A stretch of DNA of 64,000 bases from Lama glama (Eukaryota), in NCBI GenBank assembly GCA_028534125.1, contig CM052832.1, positions 12,960,001-13,024,000 of the forward strand. The letters run 5' to 3'. The translations under genes were made by a program, and so were the position numbers. Of the stretch, positions 40,241-53,719 are shown piece after piece; within the stretch, counting starts at the first letter, position 1; every line of letters starts with the position of its first letter. Below the pieces are notes generated by a model. The model made no database searches. It was given only the letters and a program-made list of their open reading frames with translations, and had not been told where the DNA came from.

Positions 40241-41293
40241 GCTAAGAGCGACCTTGGCTCCAAGAGCAGGAGGGCAGCTCTGCCCAGGCCAGCTGTGGCC
40301 AAAGGTGCCACATCCTTGGTCTGGACCATGGCCCAGGGCATGGCGCTGCCCGGATGACTTGGACAGTGCTGGGCTCTTCTTCCCTCCCTGTGGCTGTTTT
40401 CGGCCTCCTTGTTTCGTTTTAAATGCTGTGAATTGAGCCCAGCAGCTCCCATTCCCCTCCACCTTGGGTGGAACCATCAACCTGCACAATGTTTTTGGAA
40501 AGTATTTCGTCCAAATGTATCAAGAGTCTTAAAACTTTTCATGTCCTTTGACCCAATGAGTCCCTTTCTAGGAAGATCCCCTGGGGAGTCACCTGAAATG
40601 CATCAAGAGCTTCACTTAGACTATTGTGCTGCCCTGAAAGTCATGCTCTGTAAGCGTTTTACTGTGGAAGGACAGCATTTATGCTACAATGTCAAATGGA
40701 TACAATATTGTGCATGAGACACATACACAAGGAAGGAGATAGTGATTATCTCTGAGTGACTGGAGCTGCTTTTTCATTTTCTTCTTTATATTTTTCTGCT
40801 TTGTATTGGTGTTCTAAGACGGCCATGCTTTGGCTTCATGATAATTTGATTAAAAAGCAGTATTAAAAAAAAAGAAAGAGAAAGGAAATGTGAGTTCCCA
40901 GAAGCTGAGGAAGCATAGCAGAAGCCAACCTGGGAGCTAAAGAACTAACTGACCCATCCCTTCCAGGGAAAGGCAGCAGCCACGTGGAGGAGGCCGGCCT
41001 GGTGCCCTGCCAGCCGGACAGCCAGCCCCTGGGCTCACTTCCTCCAACACGACTGCCCAGGGGCAGAGCTGAAAATAGCAGCGGGAGAGAGCAGAGCCAG
41101 CTCCAGAGGCCCCTCTTTCTCCCCTTCCTACTGCCCAGGCCACAGGCGTATGCCCCCTTTCCTTGGGCTCTGATAGCCCCTTGGAGTTTGCACCTCCAAC
41201 TCCTCTGCTTCCATTATATCTGGCCAGAAGCCTGCTGCTTTTGCGCAGTGTTTTTAACCTTGTGTGTCTCCCCTGACTATGAGCATCCTGCAT

Positions 41294-41442
41294 CCAGGGG
41301 TTCTCAAAATGTGGTCCCCAGACCAGCAGCATCAGCAGCACCAAGGAACTTGTTAGAAATGCTTCACAGTCCTCACCCTAGACCCACTGAATCCGAAACT
41401 CCCGAGGTGGAGCCCTCTAGGGCTACAGTTTGAGAGCCACTG
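41294..41442. mobile_element. MER5A-like MITE
   Basis: TIRs caggggttctcaaa ... tttgagagccactg; internal accagcagcatcagca, gttagaaatgc. Confidence 0.82.
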
Positions 41443-41902
41443 CCTTATGGTACAGCCCCACAGAGGTCCATGTTTTACACTGATTATTTCATTTTACACA
41501 TTGCCATGATTCCCACTTAATTAAAAAAAAAAACAAGCTCAGAGAGGTTAAGGAACTTGCCCAAGGTCACACAGTCAGCTAAAGGCAGAGCTGGGACTCT
41601 GAGCCCACACTTTTATTTTAACCCCTGTGCTCTGCAGCTGCCTGGGCTTAGGCTCTCCTCTGGAGTCCAGCTTGGTGCTGAACATACATAGTACCACAGA
41701 CATGGGTTGAACCAAAGTTTGCACGCTGTGGCATCAGAGCCCTGGCTGCTCAACTGGAAAACCAGACTGATTCCCCATGAGATCCAGGCAGCCCTGGCCC
41801 ACTGTGGCATGAGGGAGGCCAGCTCTGTGTGCATGCAGAGGCCCCTCCAGTGATGACAGCCAGGGGCAGTTAGGATGGATGAACGCCGCAGTGGAGGGGC
41901 AC

Positions 41903-41920
41903 AGTGCCACCTGCTGGCCA
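41903..41920 (-). promoter_or_regulatory. CTCF motif
   Basis: Reverse complement TGGCCAGCAGGTGGCACT matches consensus TGGCCASYAGRKGGCRS. Confidence 0.65.
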
Positions 41921-44425
41921 GAAGGACATCATTGGTGATGCTGGCTGACACATGCAGGGACCCACACAAGCTCAGGGACACTGTGACAAGCAGGCACATG
42001 TCTCCTCCCACTGCACGTGGGCGGACACGTCCACACGTGGATGTCTGGGTCTGTGGGCATGTGGGGCTGTCAGCCATAGGGCCTGGCAGATAGCACTAAA
42101 TTCATTCATTTATTCATTTCTTCCCTCACCAAATGTTCATTGAGATTTGCCAAGCCCACAGTCGCTATCCCTTGGGAGCCTACAGGCTGGGTGATGATCA
42201 AGAGACTAGGCAATAACAAGGTGACATGAATAAGGGTCCTAGGAGGGATGCACCTGGTAAGGTCACAGAGGCAGCCCCTAACCCATCTAGACTGTGGCTG
42301 GGGAGCAAGGATGACTTCCCCAGGAAATCCATGCCCTGCTGGGTCTCACCATGTGAGCAGGAGGTGGCTGGATGAAGGCGATAGAGGCTCATCAGACCAA
42401 AGCCCAGAGGAGGAGCTGGAGAGGAGAGCTGGGACCTGGGGCAAAGGGTCTTACATCCAGGCCACAGGGTCTGGACTCTGTCCCTGCAGGCAGTGGGGAG
42501 CCATGGAAAGTTTTCAGCAGCAAAACGCCATGGCCAGATTCTGGTGCCGTACCCTGTTGACACATTTGTAGTAAAGCTTAGGCCCTGAGGGTCTCTAAGC
42601 CTCTTCTGGGGCTAGATCTTGCGTGTGATTTGTCCCTGTGTACCATCTCCTCTTGCTGCAGCAGTGACCCTTGGATGTGTCTGGGAAGGGGAGAGGCACC
42701 TCCTCCCACCACCAGTCCCCAGAGAGAAGGCTGTGTCTAAGCTAGAGGTGAATGAAGCAACCAACAGCCACTGTTAGGTCAGGCATCCCTGTGTGCCCAG
42801 TTGATGCCAGTTTTTCAACACACTGGGCCATCCAAGACAGCTCAGATAGGGTGGCCTCTTCCCTCCCTGTTCCCCTAGGTCCCCTAGTTCCTCTGTTAGA
42901 GGGTCAGCGCCTCTCTGCAGGGATAGGAACTAGACAGATGAGTTTTGATGGGTGGTGGATGCAGCAGGGGAGCCTGCAGCACTGACACAACCACGGTCCC
43001 TGATTAGAACCCTGGGGGCTGAAAGGGAGGGGAGCAGCAAGAAGACTCCCCAAAGAGGAGGTGACAGGTGGTACTGAAGAGAGAACACTGGCAGCTTTCC
43101 AATTCTGCTTGACCATGACTTTGTCAATGGCCGGTTCTCCACCAGCCTGGCCCCTGGCCTGCGGTTTTCCTCAGTAGAACAGCGGTGGCAGGTTCCGAGA
43201 AGCCCCACCAAGACTTTCTTGTCAGGGCAACTCCAAGTTCCTCTTACTGAGGAAGGGGAAGTGGTGGAGTTTCTCCTAAGGGCTTTCGGTTTCTTTCTAA
43301 GAAGCTGAGTGTCCAAACCCCAGGGCCCAGCGCAGAGCCAGGTGTTGAAGGGAGAGAGGTTCCACGTCAGGGGCTTTTCCACCTCGGTCCCAATCAAAGC
43401 TCATTTGCTGGGTGGACATTCCAGAAGAGGAAACTAGATGATTATTTTGCAGGTCCTTTCCCACGCCCCCTCCTTTCTTCCTCCTCCAGAGACACACCCC
43501 CTGCACACACACCCACACCCCCATCCCTACCCCACCCCCCGCCCCGCTAACAAGAACGCATGCACAAAGCACAGCCTGCCCTCCCTCAGGGACATCCTGG
43601 GCGGAAACTTACTTTCTCAGCCCTCAGAGCCAGCCACTTCTGAGTCCTGCTTCCTCGGGGCTCTTCTGGGTGACTAAAATTTCTAACCCAAACAGAGAAC
43701 TGACAGGTGACACTAGCTTAATGCTGATTCTAGACCAGGGGAGGTGCCCAGTTTGAAGACCCAAAGCTTCTTGAGGACAGACTGTGGGAGCCCCAAGAAC
43801 AGAGAGCCTATCTCTTTAAGAAGACCTGGCTTGGTGGTAAAGGAAAAGTCCTGATGCGATTATAACAATAGCCACCACTGAGGTTAAGTATTTACTGTGT
43901 GCCAAGCATTTTACACTAATTTCTCCCTATAATCCCCACAGCAATCCATGACAAAGATACAATCATTATCCCTAAAGTCAAGCAATTGCCCAGCTCACAG
44001 AGCCCACAAACGCACTCCTCCCCAGAGACCTCTTCTCAGAAAGGCGGGGAAGGAAGACTCTCAGGCCCTCAGAGGATTTGGCTGGGAAGGTGTGATCTCC
44101 AGTATCTCCAAGTGTCTCAAAGCAAGCTGTGAGAGGTGAAGAGCGAGTGATCTAGTCAAAGCCTCTTCACAGCACTGACATGGCTGGGGTTCTCCCCGAG
44201 GTGGTACGAACCCGTCGCCTCTTCTGTTTTCCTCCCGCAGGCATTGTTTTAGGGTTTCTGCTTTACCAGCACATGCGTTATGGGGACAGTGAGGGGATTC
44301 CCCCAAACCGTGATGCTGTTCCGTTCAAAAGCATTTGCCTAGAGGTCCACAACTGTGTGACTCATGCTGTTGAGGTGGCAAGAAAACTCACAGCTGCAGG
44401 GCGGAGAGGGCTGGACCCAAATGAA

Positions 44426-44582
44426 AGGGTGGGCAGGTTTAGTAAATAAAAATACAGGACACCCAGTTAAATCTGTTTAGATCGACAACAACATTTGGGA
44501 TGCCCTTATACTTAAAAAAAAAGTGTTGTTTATCTGAAATTCAAATTTAATTGGGCATCCTGTTTTGTATCTGGCAACCCTA
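44426..44582. mobile_element. MER53-like palindromic hAT MITE
   Basis: agggtgggcaggtttagtaaataaaaatacaggacacccagttaaat ... atttaattgggcatcctgttttgtatctggcaacccta inverted arms. Confidence 0.82.
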
Positions 44583-45037
44583 GACACTCGGACCTCGGGC
44601 AAAGCTCCAGCCATCCCCAAGGTTCCAGGGGAGTGCTGTCAAGAGAAAGAGACAGCAATGCTGGGAGAAAACCACCCAGCTGGGATGAAAACAAACCAGG
44701 GAGTTTGGTCAGAGAAGGGTGGAAACACTGTGCTTCAAGGGTTCCTCCTGAGCAATTTCAAAATCTCCATTTCAACCCAGGGCAGAGTTCTGAGCTCAAA
44801 TTATGGAGGGAAAAAAAAAATGCATGGTGTTCTTGAAGGAGACCTTTCTTTCTCTGAGCCTCAGTTTTCTCATCTGTCATGGGGAGGAGGTTTGGATTCT
44901 ATGATGGACCTCCTAGCCCTTGGCTTTTCTGGCCTTGTGGAAAATCTGCTAGAAGCAAGAGAAGGTAGGAGGCAGACAAGGAACAAGTTTAGACAGAAGG
45001 AAGAGGTAATTCTGCTTGGAAAAATGCTGCCTCTCCT

Positions 45038-45977
45038 TTGGTGCAGCCACTATGGAAAACAGTGTGGAGATTCCTCAAAAGACTAGGAATAGACTTGCCA
45101 TATGACCCAGGAATCCCACTCCTGGGCTTGTATCCAGAAGGAAGTCTACTTCAGGATGACACCTGCACTCCAATGTTCATAGCAGCACTNNNNNNNNNNN
45201 NNNNNNNNNNNNNNNNNNNNNNNNNNNNNNNNNNNNNNNNNNNNNNNNNNNNNNNNNNNNNNNNNNNNNNNNNNNNNNNNNNNNNNNNNNNNNNNNNNNN
45301 NNNNNNNNNNNNNNNNNNNNNNNNNNNNNNNNNNNNNNNNNNNNNNNNNNNNNNNNNNNNNNNNNNNNNNNNNNNNNNNNNNNNNNNNNNNNNNNNNNNN
45401 NNNNNNNNNNNNNNNNNNNNNNNNNNNNNNNNNNNNNNNNNNNNNNNNNNNNNNNNNNNNNNNNNNNNNNNNNNNNNNNNNNNNNNNNNNNNNNNNNNNN
45501 NNNNNNNNNNNNNNNNNNNNNNNNNNNNNNNNNNNNNNNNNNNNNNNNNNNNNNNNNNNNNNNNNNNNNNNNNNNNNNNNNNNNNNNNNNNNNNNNNNNN
45601 NNNNNNNNNNNNNNNNNNNNNNNNNNNNNNNNNNNNNNNNNNNNNNNNNNNNNNNNNNNNNNNNNNNNNNNNNNNNNNNNNNNNNNNNNAAGACTCATGG
45701 ACAGAGAATATAGACTTGTGGTTACCACGGGGGTAGAGGGTGGGAAGGGATAGACTGGGATTTCAAAATTGTAGACTAGATAAACAAGATTACACTGTAT
45801 ATAGCACAGGGAAATATACACAAAATGTTATGATAAATCACAGAGAAAAAAATGTGACAATGAGTGTGTATATGTCCATGAATGACTGAAAAATTGTGCT
45901 GAACACTGGAATTTGACACATTGTAAAATGATTATAAATCAATAAAAAATGTTAAAAAAAATAAAAATAAAAAATAA
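45038..45977 (+). mobile_element. Young 5'-truncated L1 (ORF2 C-terminus, 3' UTR, polyA), interrupted by assembly gap
   Basis: [32 protein letters not shown] is the L1 ORF2 C-terminal motif. A-rich tail; perfect 18-bp TSD aaaaatgctgcctctcct at 45020-45037 and 45978-45995. Confidence 0.93.
45190..45689. other. Assembly gap (500 N)
   Basis: Run of N. Confidence 1.
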
Positions 45978-46944
45978 AAAAATGCTGCCTCTCCTACTCT
46001 ACAGCACCAAAAGGGGGTTGGGACATTGCAACTGGACTCTGGGTGCTTGGAGGGCTCCTCTGGGGTCAAGCACACCCATTGCACCTTGCACATCCTTGGA
46101 AAGAGCCCTAGGGACCACTCAGCTGGGTCCATGGCTCTGGTGCCCAGGGCCGGTCAGTTTTTCAAACACTCATAGAAACCCCTAAACGACAGCTGGGATC
46201 ATTGCTAGCTCCAAAATTAGAAAAGTACATTGTAAGGATGAAATGGTTAAATGTTTACAAAATGTTAACTAGACAACTGCAACTCAGTTCCTACACTTTA
46301 TGTAAATTATGTGTGATGTGGCTTGTGGGTCCATCTGAACACATTTTAGGGATGTGGCCTCAGAGGGTAAGAATGCCCAGGGCTTTTCAGCCCCATAAAG
46401 GGCTGTCTCAGAGATGTGAAGACCATGAATTCCTCCAGACCAGCAGCTATATTCCAGGGTCTGCTGGCGGTGTGGAGGTGAACCTTAGCAGTCAGAATCT
46501 CTGGGAACAGAGATGGGAGGCGTGCCTGGGAGTCAGGAAGGCTCCTCTGAGAGGAGTGTCAGGGTCCCAAATGTCCCTGGAGCGGGGCTGGTGAGACTAG
46601 GTCCCCAGCAGGGGTCTCAGGGCCAGGCTGCAGCTCCACATAGGGCTACAGTCTTGACAGGGAACTCGAGGCCACATCAAGAGGCAAATTCCAGGTGCTT
46701 CTCAGGCTGGATAGGTGCTGGAAGGTGCTTCTCCACCTTCGCCTACTGGAAAGGCCAGGGATGCTCACGTGTAGCCTGCAGTGGTGGCACCTAAGGGGCT
46801 GGGGGTCCCCAAGGACCCCATAATCACCATCAGCTCCGCATCTCAGACCCACCACCAGAAGGTAACAGTCTTTGCTGTTGGACAAACGGTGGACTGTGGA
46901 CATTTTCTCAACCTTGTGTAAAGGTGTATCTTTAGGAAACTTGC

Positions 46945-47298
46945 TATATTAATTTGCGTAGGCAGCCACAACAAAGTACCACCACTGGGAGACTTAAACA
47001 ACCAAAATGGATTTTCTCACAGTCCTGGAGGCTAGAAGTCTGAGATCAAGATTTTGGCAGGGCTGGTTTCTTCTGAGGCCCCTCTTCTCATCTTTGTTTT
47101 CGTGTGGCCTACGCCCTAATCTCTTCTTATAAAGACACCAGTCATATTGGATTAGGGCCCACCTGTTTGACCTCATTTTACCTTAATTACCTCTTTAAAG
47201 ACCCTCTCTCCAAATACAGTCATAATCTGATATACTGGGTGGGGGAGTAGAACTTCAACATACAAATGTAGGGGAGGACACACTTCAGCCTGTAACAC
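46945..47298 (-). mobile_element. MaLR MLT1 solo LTR
   Basis: acaaagtaccac...ctggaggctagaagtctgagatcaag...ttataaagacaccagtcatattggattagggccc. Confidence 0.87.
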
Positions 47299-47689
47299 TT
47301 GATTTTTAACCTACAATGGAAGTGAAAGCATTGTGCTGGCTTTGGAAATGCAGGTTGGAGACTGGTCCCAAGATCACCCCTCAGAGATGACCCCCTTCCT
47401 CTAGAAATTCTGTAGCCTTTCCTGCCTACCAGTTTTGATCAGGGGTAGTTTGGGGGTGCAATGGCTGGATGTGACCCCCCCCCAACTGGTCAGTGGGCTT
47501 GGAGGGGGTCAATGTTGTGACCAAAATGCCTGGACTTTGAACAGGGTGGGCAGCTCTCTCTACCTAATGATAAAGGTCACTGTCCTTGAAAAACTGTCAT
47601 CTTTAAAAACAAAGTTTCAAATTCTCTACCTGGAGCTGCTATTTACAGGATGATTTACAAGTCTCTGAAAAAAGAGAGACAAACTCTCA

Positions 47690-49385
47690 GAGTTTGTGTT
47701 TTTGCAAAAGTAGTACACGTTTATCATTGAAAACACAGATGAAAAAGAAGAAAACAAAATTAACCTCCCAGAGATAATCGCCCTTAACATTTGGGTTTCT
47801 AGATCTATCTGTATCTATCTTAAATCTCCACCTTCGTCTACATTTATATAGTTAAATTCACTTCAAAGATAAGATTGTTGCTCTGCCATTTCATAACTTC
47901 TTGTCCATTACTACATCATGATCACTTCACCGGGCATTGACTTTGTTTTCTACTTCACCATTTCCATCGCGGCAGATACGAAACAAGACTGCCATAAGCT
48001 ACTCAACAAATTTCCTACTGTTTAACACTTGGGCTGTTTTTATGATATTAAATGAAGCTGTGACAACACCTTCCTAGTTAAATCTTTGCCATGATTATTT
48101 ACTAAGGATAAATTCCTAGCAGTGAAGTTTCTGAGTTAAAGAGAAAGCACTATTTACAATTTTTAAACTTTATTTTTCAATAGATAATATATCAGGAGGT
48201 TCAAAATTTAAAAGGCATCTTTCCACCTCTGTTCTGAAGTCACCCCGTTCCCCTCCCCAGAGGCAATCACTACTACCAGTATCTTATGTTCTTCCCAGAG
48301 ATATTTTGCATATATATAATATATACATATATAGTATGTGTATATATATATGCCACATATAAATATATGCATGTGTACATATTATCTCTCTATACACACA
48401 TATATGTATATACATAACTTTTTTCCACAAATGATAGCATCCTTTATATATTATTTTGCACTTTGCATTTTTCACTTAACAAATCATCTTGGAGAGCTGT
48501 CCATGTCAATACATAAAGAGCTTCCTCTTTTTAAACAGCTGCATGGTATTTCATTAAATGCATGTACTATAATACATTTAAATAGTTCCCTACTCATGCA
48601 CATATAGGTTGTTTATTAATTATATATGGCTGTATAACAAATTACCCCAAGACACAGTGATATAAAACTGCAATAAAAATTCATTTTCTCTCATGGTTTC
48701 TGTTGGTCAGAAATTTGAGGAGGACTCACCTAGGCAGGTCTCAGTTGAGGTCTCTCATGAGGCTGCAGTTGGCTGGGGCTACAGTCATCTGAAGGCTCAA
48801 CTGGGACTGGAGGATCTGTTTCTAAGGTAACTCACTCATACAGCTGGCAAGTTGATGGTGTCTGTAGGCTGGGTGCCTCAGTTCCTCTCCACATGGACCT
48901 CTCCACAGAGCTGCTTGAGTATCCTCGTGACATAGCCACTGGCTTTTGCAGTGAGTTACCTAAAAGGCCAAGGTAGAAATTGTAATGCCTTTTATAACCT
49001 AGCCTTGGAAGTCACACACCCTCACTTTCACTGTATTCTATTGGTTGTGGCAACTACAATGGTCTGTCCAGGTTCAAGAAAGGGAACAGACTCTACCTCT
49101 TAGTGGAGGTGTGTCAACCTCATATTGTAAGAAGAGCACAGAAAATGGGATACATCAGTGCTTCCTTCTTCAGAAAATACAGTCTGCCATGGATCATTAC
49201 AAAAAAACACTGACAAATCATTAAGACCACTGGTAAGTATTACCAAATTCCCTTTAGAAAGCTGTACCAATTTGGACTCCCACCAGTTGAGAAAACCCAT
49301 TTCTCCACATTCTTATTGCTCCTAAGTTTATCTTTTAAAAATCTTTGCCAGTTTGATATACAGGAAATGGTATCTCATTGTTTTA
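47690..49385 (-). mobile_element. Old L1ME-like fragments with (TA)-rich tract (~48308-48415) and nested MLT1 LTR (~48610-49190)
   Basis: ccagaggcaatcacta, ggataaattcctagcagtg, gctgtaccaatttggactcccacc L1 motifs; gctgtataacaaattacccc...cttggaagtcacac MLT1. Confidence 0.72.
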
Positions 49386-49435
49386 TGAAAATTCCTTCTA
49401 AAAAAGTAGAAGACCTAAATTTGAGTACTGGCATC

Positions 49436-49808
49436 TGTATTAGTTTGCTAGGGCTGCCATAACAAAATACCACAAACTGGACTGCTTGAACAACAGAAAT
49501 GTGTTGTCTTATAGTTCTGGAGCTCGGAAGTCCAGGATCAAGGGTTTGGTGTCTCCTGAGTCCCCCGTCTTGGCTTGTAGACAGCCACCTTCTTGCTGTG
49601 TCCTCATGTGGCCTATTCTCCACATGTTTGCATCCCTGGTGTTTCTTTCCTTTTTCATGAGGATACCAGTTCTATTGAATTGGGGTCCACTCTTATGATC
49701 TTATTTAACCTTAATTACCTCTTTAATGGCCTTGTTTCCAACTACAGTCACAAGGGAGATTAGGGGTTCAACAAAAAAATTTTGGGGGGGACACAATCAG
49801 TTCATAAG
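49436..49808 (-). mobile_element. MaLR MLT1 solo LTR
   Basis: tgtattagtttgctagggctgccataacaaaataccacaaactgg...ggggggacacaatcagttcataa. Confidence 0.9.
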
Positions 49809-50077
49809 AGTATCCCTACTGACTTGCTGAGTAATCCTGGGACAGTCATATGTCTTTCTGAGCCTGTTTTCTCATCTGTTTAATGGAGGTAGCCATGTTC
49901 CTGCTTCCTCTTCCTCACTGGATTATCAGAATATTAAATTAAATGGTACATGTGAAGTGGTTCTGCAGAATATTATGAACACATAAAATATTTGTAATTC
50001 TAGGTCTCACAATTCTGTGTTGCCTAACATGAGAGACCTTTGTAGACGTCAGCAGTATGTTTATAGGGCAGAGGGAT

Positions 50078-50495
50078 GTATCAGTTATCTGTGCAACAAA
50101 TCATTCTAAAACTTGGTGCCTTAACACCAATCCACCACTTCTTGCAGGTCTGCGAGTTGGCTGGGTGGCTCCTCTGCTGGTCTCATGGACCTGCAGTCTG
50201 CTAATGGCTTGGTTGGGTTGGGTGGTCTAGCATGGCTCAGATGCCTATGCCCTACTCTCCCTGTGGTCTTTCATGCTGGGCTTCTTCACATGATAGAAAC
50301 ATTCCAAAAGAAGGAAAGCAGGAGCCCAGCCTCACTTCTGCCAAAACCTCACCTCTGCCACATCATATTAGTCAAAGCAAGTTACAAGGCCAACCCAGAT
50401 TCAATGGGAGGTGAAAAAGATTCCACCCTGTGGTAGCAGAAGCTGAAAGTCACGTTGCAAAGAGGCATGGACACAGAGGTGGGGGTAATTCTCTT
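50078..50495 (-). mobile_element. Older MLT1 solo LTR
   Basis: tgtatcagttatct...gtcaaagcaagttacaaggccaacccagattcaa. Confidence 0.75.
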
Positions 50496-50906
50496 GTAAC
50501 AATGCTTCATAGGGATGGTGCACAAAGTTCATACATTGGGTCAGCGTGCCCAACATGTGCACCTGGAGACCAGCGAACTTCGACCTCACTCTTGGCAACA
50601 ACCTGCTGCCTCCCAACTTGCTCCTAATTCCATTCTCAGCCAGTCCAGCTCAGAAGCTCTGCCCATTGGCTATGTCTCTGCTTTGGGGCCCTGTTTATGC
50701 CCTTTGTCCTTGCTGATGCTTGTGAGGACTTTGATTCAGATTACCTGCCAGCCTTCCAGCTCTCACCTGGCTGCTACTCTGCTTCCTGGAACTCACAGCC
50801 CCACTCCCTCAGCTGCCCTCTAGCAGGGTCTGGTCTGCCCTCCCCTGGGGAAGTTCATACAACACCATGGATTCTTCTTGATCAATTTCCCAGGAAAACT
50901 GCTTAG

Positions 50907-50951
50907 TATGTCTGAAATTACTAAATATGTCTGAAATTACTAAATATGTCT
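50907..50951. repeat. 19-bp tandem repeat, about 2.4 copies
   Basis: tatgtctgaaattactaaa x2 plus tatgtct. Confidence 0.95.
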
Positions 50952-52000
50952 TTCCCCTTTTATTCATTCCAACCTAATAAGCTCCAATAATTCAAGTCTT
51001 TGAGAAATCTCACAATTTATGCTCCAAATTTTAGTCTTTTTTTTTTCTCACACATGTCCTTTAGAACTCATGAGTTATTGAGAATATAAACCCATGATGT
51101 TGTTATTTGATAAGAGCTATAAAAGGAAAAGATAACATCAATAAGATAGAATCTTGCAGAATGGCTTATTTGGTGGGCTGAAAAGTTAACATGAATCGCA
51201 TTTTCCTAATGGAATCATATTTTTTGATGTAGTAGCCAGACTTGCTGCCTAAGGACCCTCAGAGGGCTATAAGGCAGAGCATGGAATTATTTAGTAATAA
51301 AAGTTTAGATTTTTTATAAAGCAAATTTTTGTAAGGGGAAGCTTTTTGGTAAAGATATTAATTTGCATATTCTTAAAATGATTCCAGTGTTTTAAGATGC
51401 ATTAAGTGAAAAAAACCAAGGTGTACAACAATTGCATAGTCAAGTACCTTTAGTGGGAAAAGGGGAGAATCTATACAACATAAAACATAATACAATGTGG
51501 GGGGCGGGCACACGCGCGCACTATCTAGAAGAAACCGTATTGACTCTTAGGAGAAAAAAAAAATGGGTGACAGCAAGGTGTGAGGGAGATTTTTCAGCTT
51601 ATACTTTGATCCTTTTGAATACTGTACCAAAAAGAAATCAAAACTGTGGCAGTAAGTATCACCTGGGAGGGGGCACAAGGGAGTTCTCCAGTACACTGGA
51701 AATGTTCTGGGTCTTGTTCTGAGTGGTGGCTATATACATGTGAAAAGTCATCAATCTGTACACTTAAGATCTGTGCACTTATTCTTCCAAGAAAGTGATG
51801 TTTTTCAATGAAAAAATTATATGTATTAAAAATAATTTTTTAAAAGAAAAATAAAGTCAGATCTTGCCTTGCTCCACAAAAGTAAATGTGCTTCTGAAAA
51901 GTTTACTTAAGCCAGTTTCTATAAAGTGAACCATAATTTCCAATTGGCTTCTATTATAATGTCTAAGATGTGTTCGTGGACTTATTCCAGTGCTGGTCTT

Positions 52001-52143
52001 TTTTTTTTTTTGGTAGGGGTGGTAATTAGGTTTGTTTGTTTGTTTGTTTGTTTGTTTGTTTAATGGTGGTACTGAGGACTGACCCCAGGACTAGAGTGCT
52101 AAGCATGCACTCTACCACTTAGCTATACCCTCCCCCCATCCAA
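52001..52143 (-). mobile_element. tRNA-Ala-derived camelid SINE (vic-1-like), long-tailed form with (GTTT)n
   Basis: Reverse complement gives a GGGTATAGCTAAGTGGTAGAGTGCATGCTTAGCA tRNA head. 15-bp TSD tccagtgctggtctt at 51986-52000 and 52144-52158. Confidence 0.88.
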
Positions 52144-52457
52144 TCCAGTGCTGGTCTTGATCTAAGCATTGGAAACCTGCTGGGGTGAATCCTCCTGCTC
52201 TCTGAGTCTGGGCTTGATGACAGTGAGAGAGAGGAAAGGTGATGAGTCTCCCTGAAAGGCTTGAGCAAAAGGAGCCCACTGAAGAACAGAGGAAGAGCAG
52301 TTACACTTACTGGGAGTCTCTGTGTCTGGGAGCCTCTGGGTGCTACACACACCGGCACAACCAAAGCAGACAAAGAACCCTTCTGAGAGGCAAAAGAGAA
52401 AACTGGAAAACAGAACCATATATAAATCATCTACTCATATGCTCAGCATTTTAACAT

Positions 52458-52563
52458 TTTCTTTTTTTGTTTGTTTGTTTTTTAATGGGGGTTCTGGGGA
52501 CTGAACCCAGGACCTCATGCATGCTAAGCATGTGCTCTACCACTGAGCTATTATCCTCCCCTC
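52458..52563 (-). mobile_element. tRNA-Ala-derived camelid SINE (vic-1-like)
   Basis: ggggactgaacccaggacctcatgcatgctaagcatgtgctctaccactgagcta with T-rich tail; short TSD ttaacat. Confidence 0.87.
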
Positions 52564-53719
52564 TTAACATCCTCAAAGCCCTTTTACACCCATTATATCA
52601 TTTGACCCTTAAACAACCCTATGAATGGACAGGGCACATATTGGTCATCCCATTTTATGAATAAGGAAGGAAGCTGAGGCCCCAAGAGCGAAGTCAGAAG
52701 GAGGTAAGAGAGTCAGATCTCAAACCCGTGTTTTAAAATTCTAAGTCTGATGTGATTATTGCCACTTCCCAGGAAGGTTACAGTGCATCTAGAGTCAGTT
52801 CTGGTTTCCTCACTTACCAGCAGTGTGATTTGGGGTGAGTTGCTGAATCTTTCTGTACTTCCCTATTCCCATCTGTACAATGGAGCTGGTGCGTAGATTA
52901 AATGCACGGATACACTTAAAGCACATAGCAGGTGCTTGCTAAAAGTTAATGAGCCACCCCCTGGGAACCCTTGTTTTTATTACCAGAGATAAAGAGAGCA
53001 GGATTAGAATGCAAAAGATGGAAATAAGTGAATCATAGAGAGAAGGTGAGGAGAAAAAAATCGGAGGCAGAAATAGGGCGTGGTTTAGACAGTGAGAACA
53101 GGAAGGGCGTGACCAGGCAGAGGCCAGGGTCAGGCCAGGAGCACCAATAAGATGATGCCCTCACTACCTCCACCTTGGCCTTCAACGTGCAGAAGTTCAT
53201 TGTCCGTATAGGCCTAAGGCCAGCTGGCAGCTGGCCCAGGACAGAGTATGAGGTCAGGCAGGGGAGAGGAGAGATGGATTAAGGCACCTGGGCCACGTTG
53301 AGGGTTGCAAGCTCAAGACAAGGACAGGTGAGCAAAGTGGCGTCATTCAGTTTCCTCAGACTAGACTCCATGTCCAGTGGCATGCTGGCAATAACTAACA
53401 ACCAGATTTGTTGGGGGATAAAAGGTGAGAGAGGGGCTGATTTGCTAGTTTCCATGATGTGGACACTCCTATCATGGCCAACTTCAAAAAGAAGTGGGGC
53501 TCTAGGGTCTAGCCATGGGGGAGAGATAGGCAAAGAAGTGAGGTCACAGTCGGAGTTAGAAGACCCTTGTCCTGGTCCCTGAGAGAGTCCACAGAAGTGC
53601 CACATGACCTTGCACACATCATTGCACCTCTCTGACCTCCAGTCACCTCAACGGAAGAGAAATGGCACCTGCCATGTTGGTGGCCTGACAGTGCTAGTGT
53701 GAATCCAGGCCAGAGGATA

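Noticed and set aside
44565..45086. 173-aa ORF
   Set aside because: Spans a MITE end, a MIR fragment (LSFSEPQFSHL) and the L1 start; chance open frame.
45038..45821. 232-aa and 214-aa ORFs
   Set aside because: Read through the N gap; the real part is an L1 ORF2 remnant.
53151..53282. Coding-looking stretch (DDALTTSTLAFNVQKFIVRIG...)
   Set aside because: No recognisable homologue and no convincing splice or pseudogene hallmarks; a BLASTX search would settle it.
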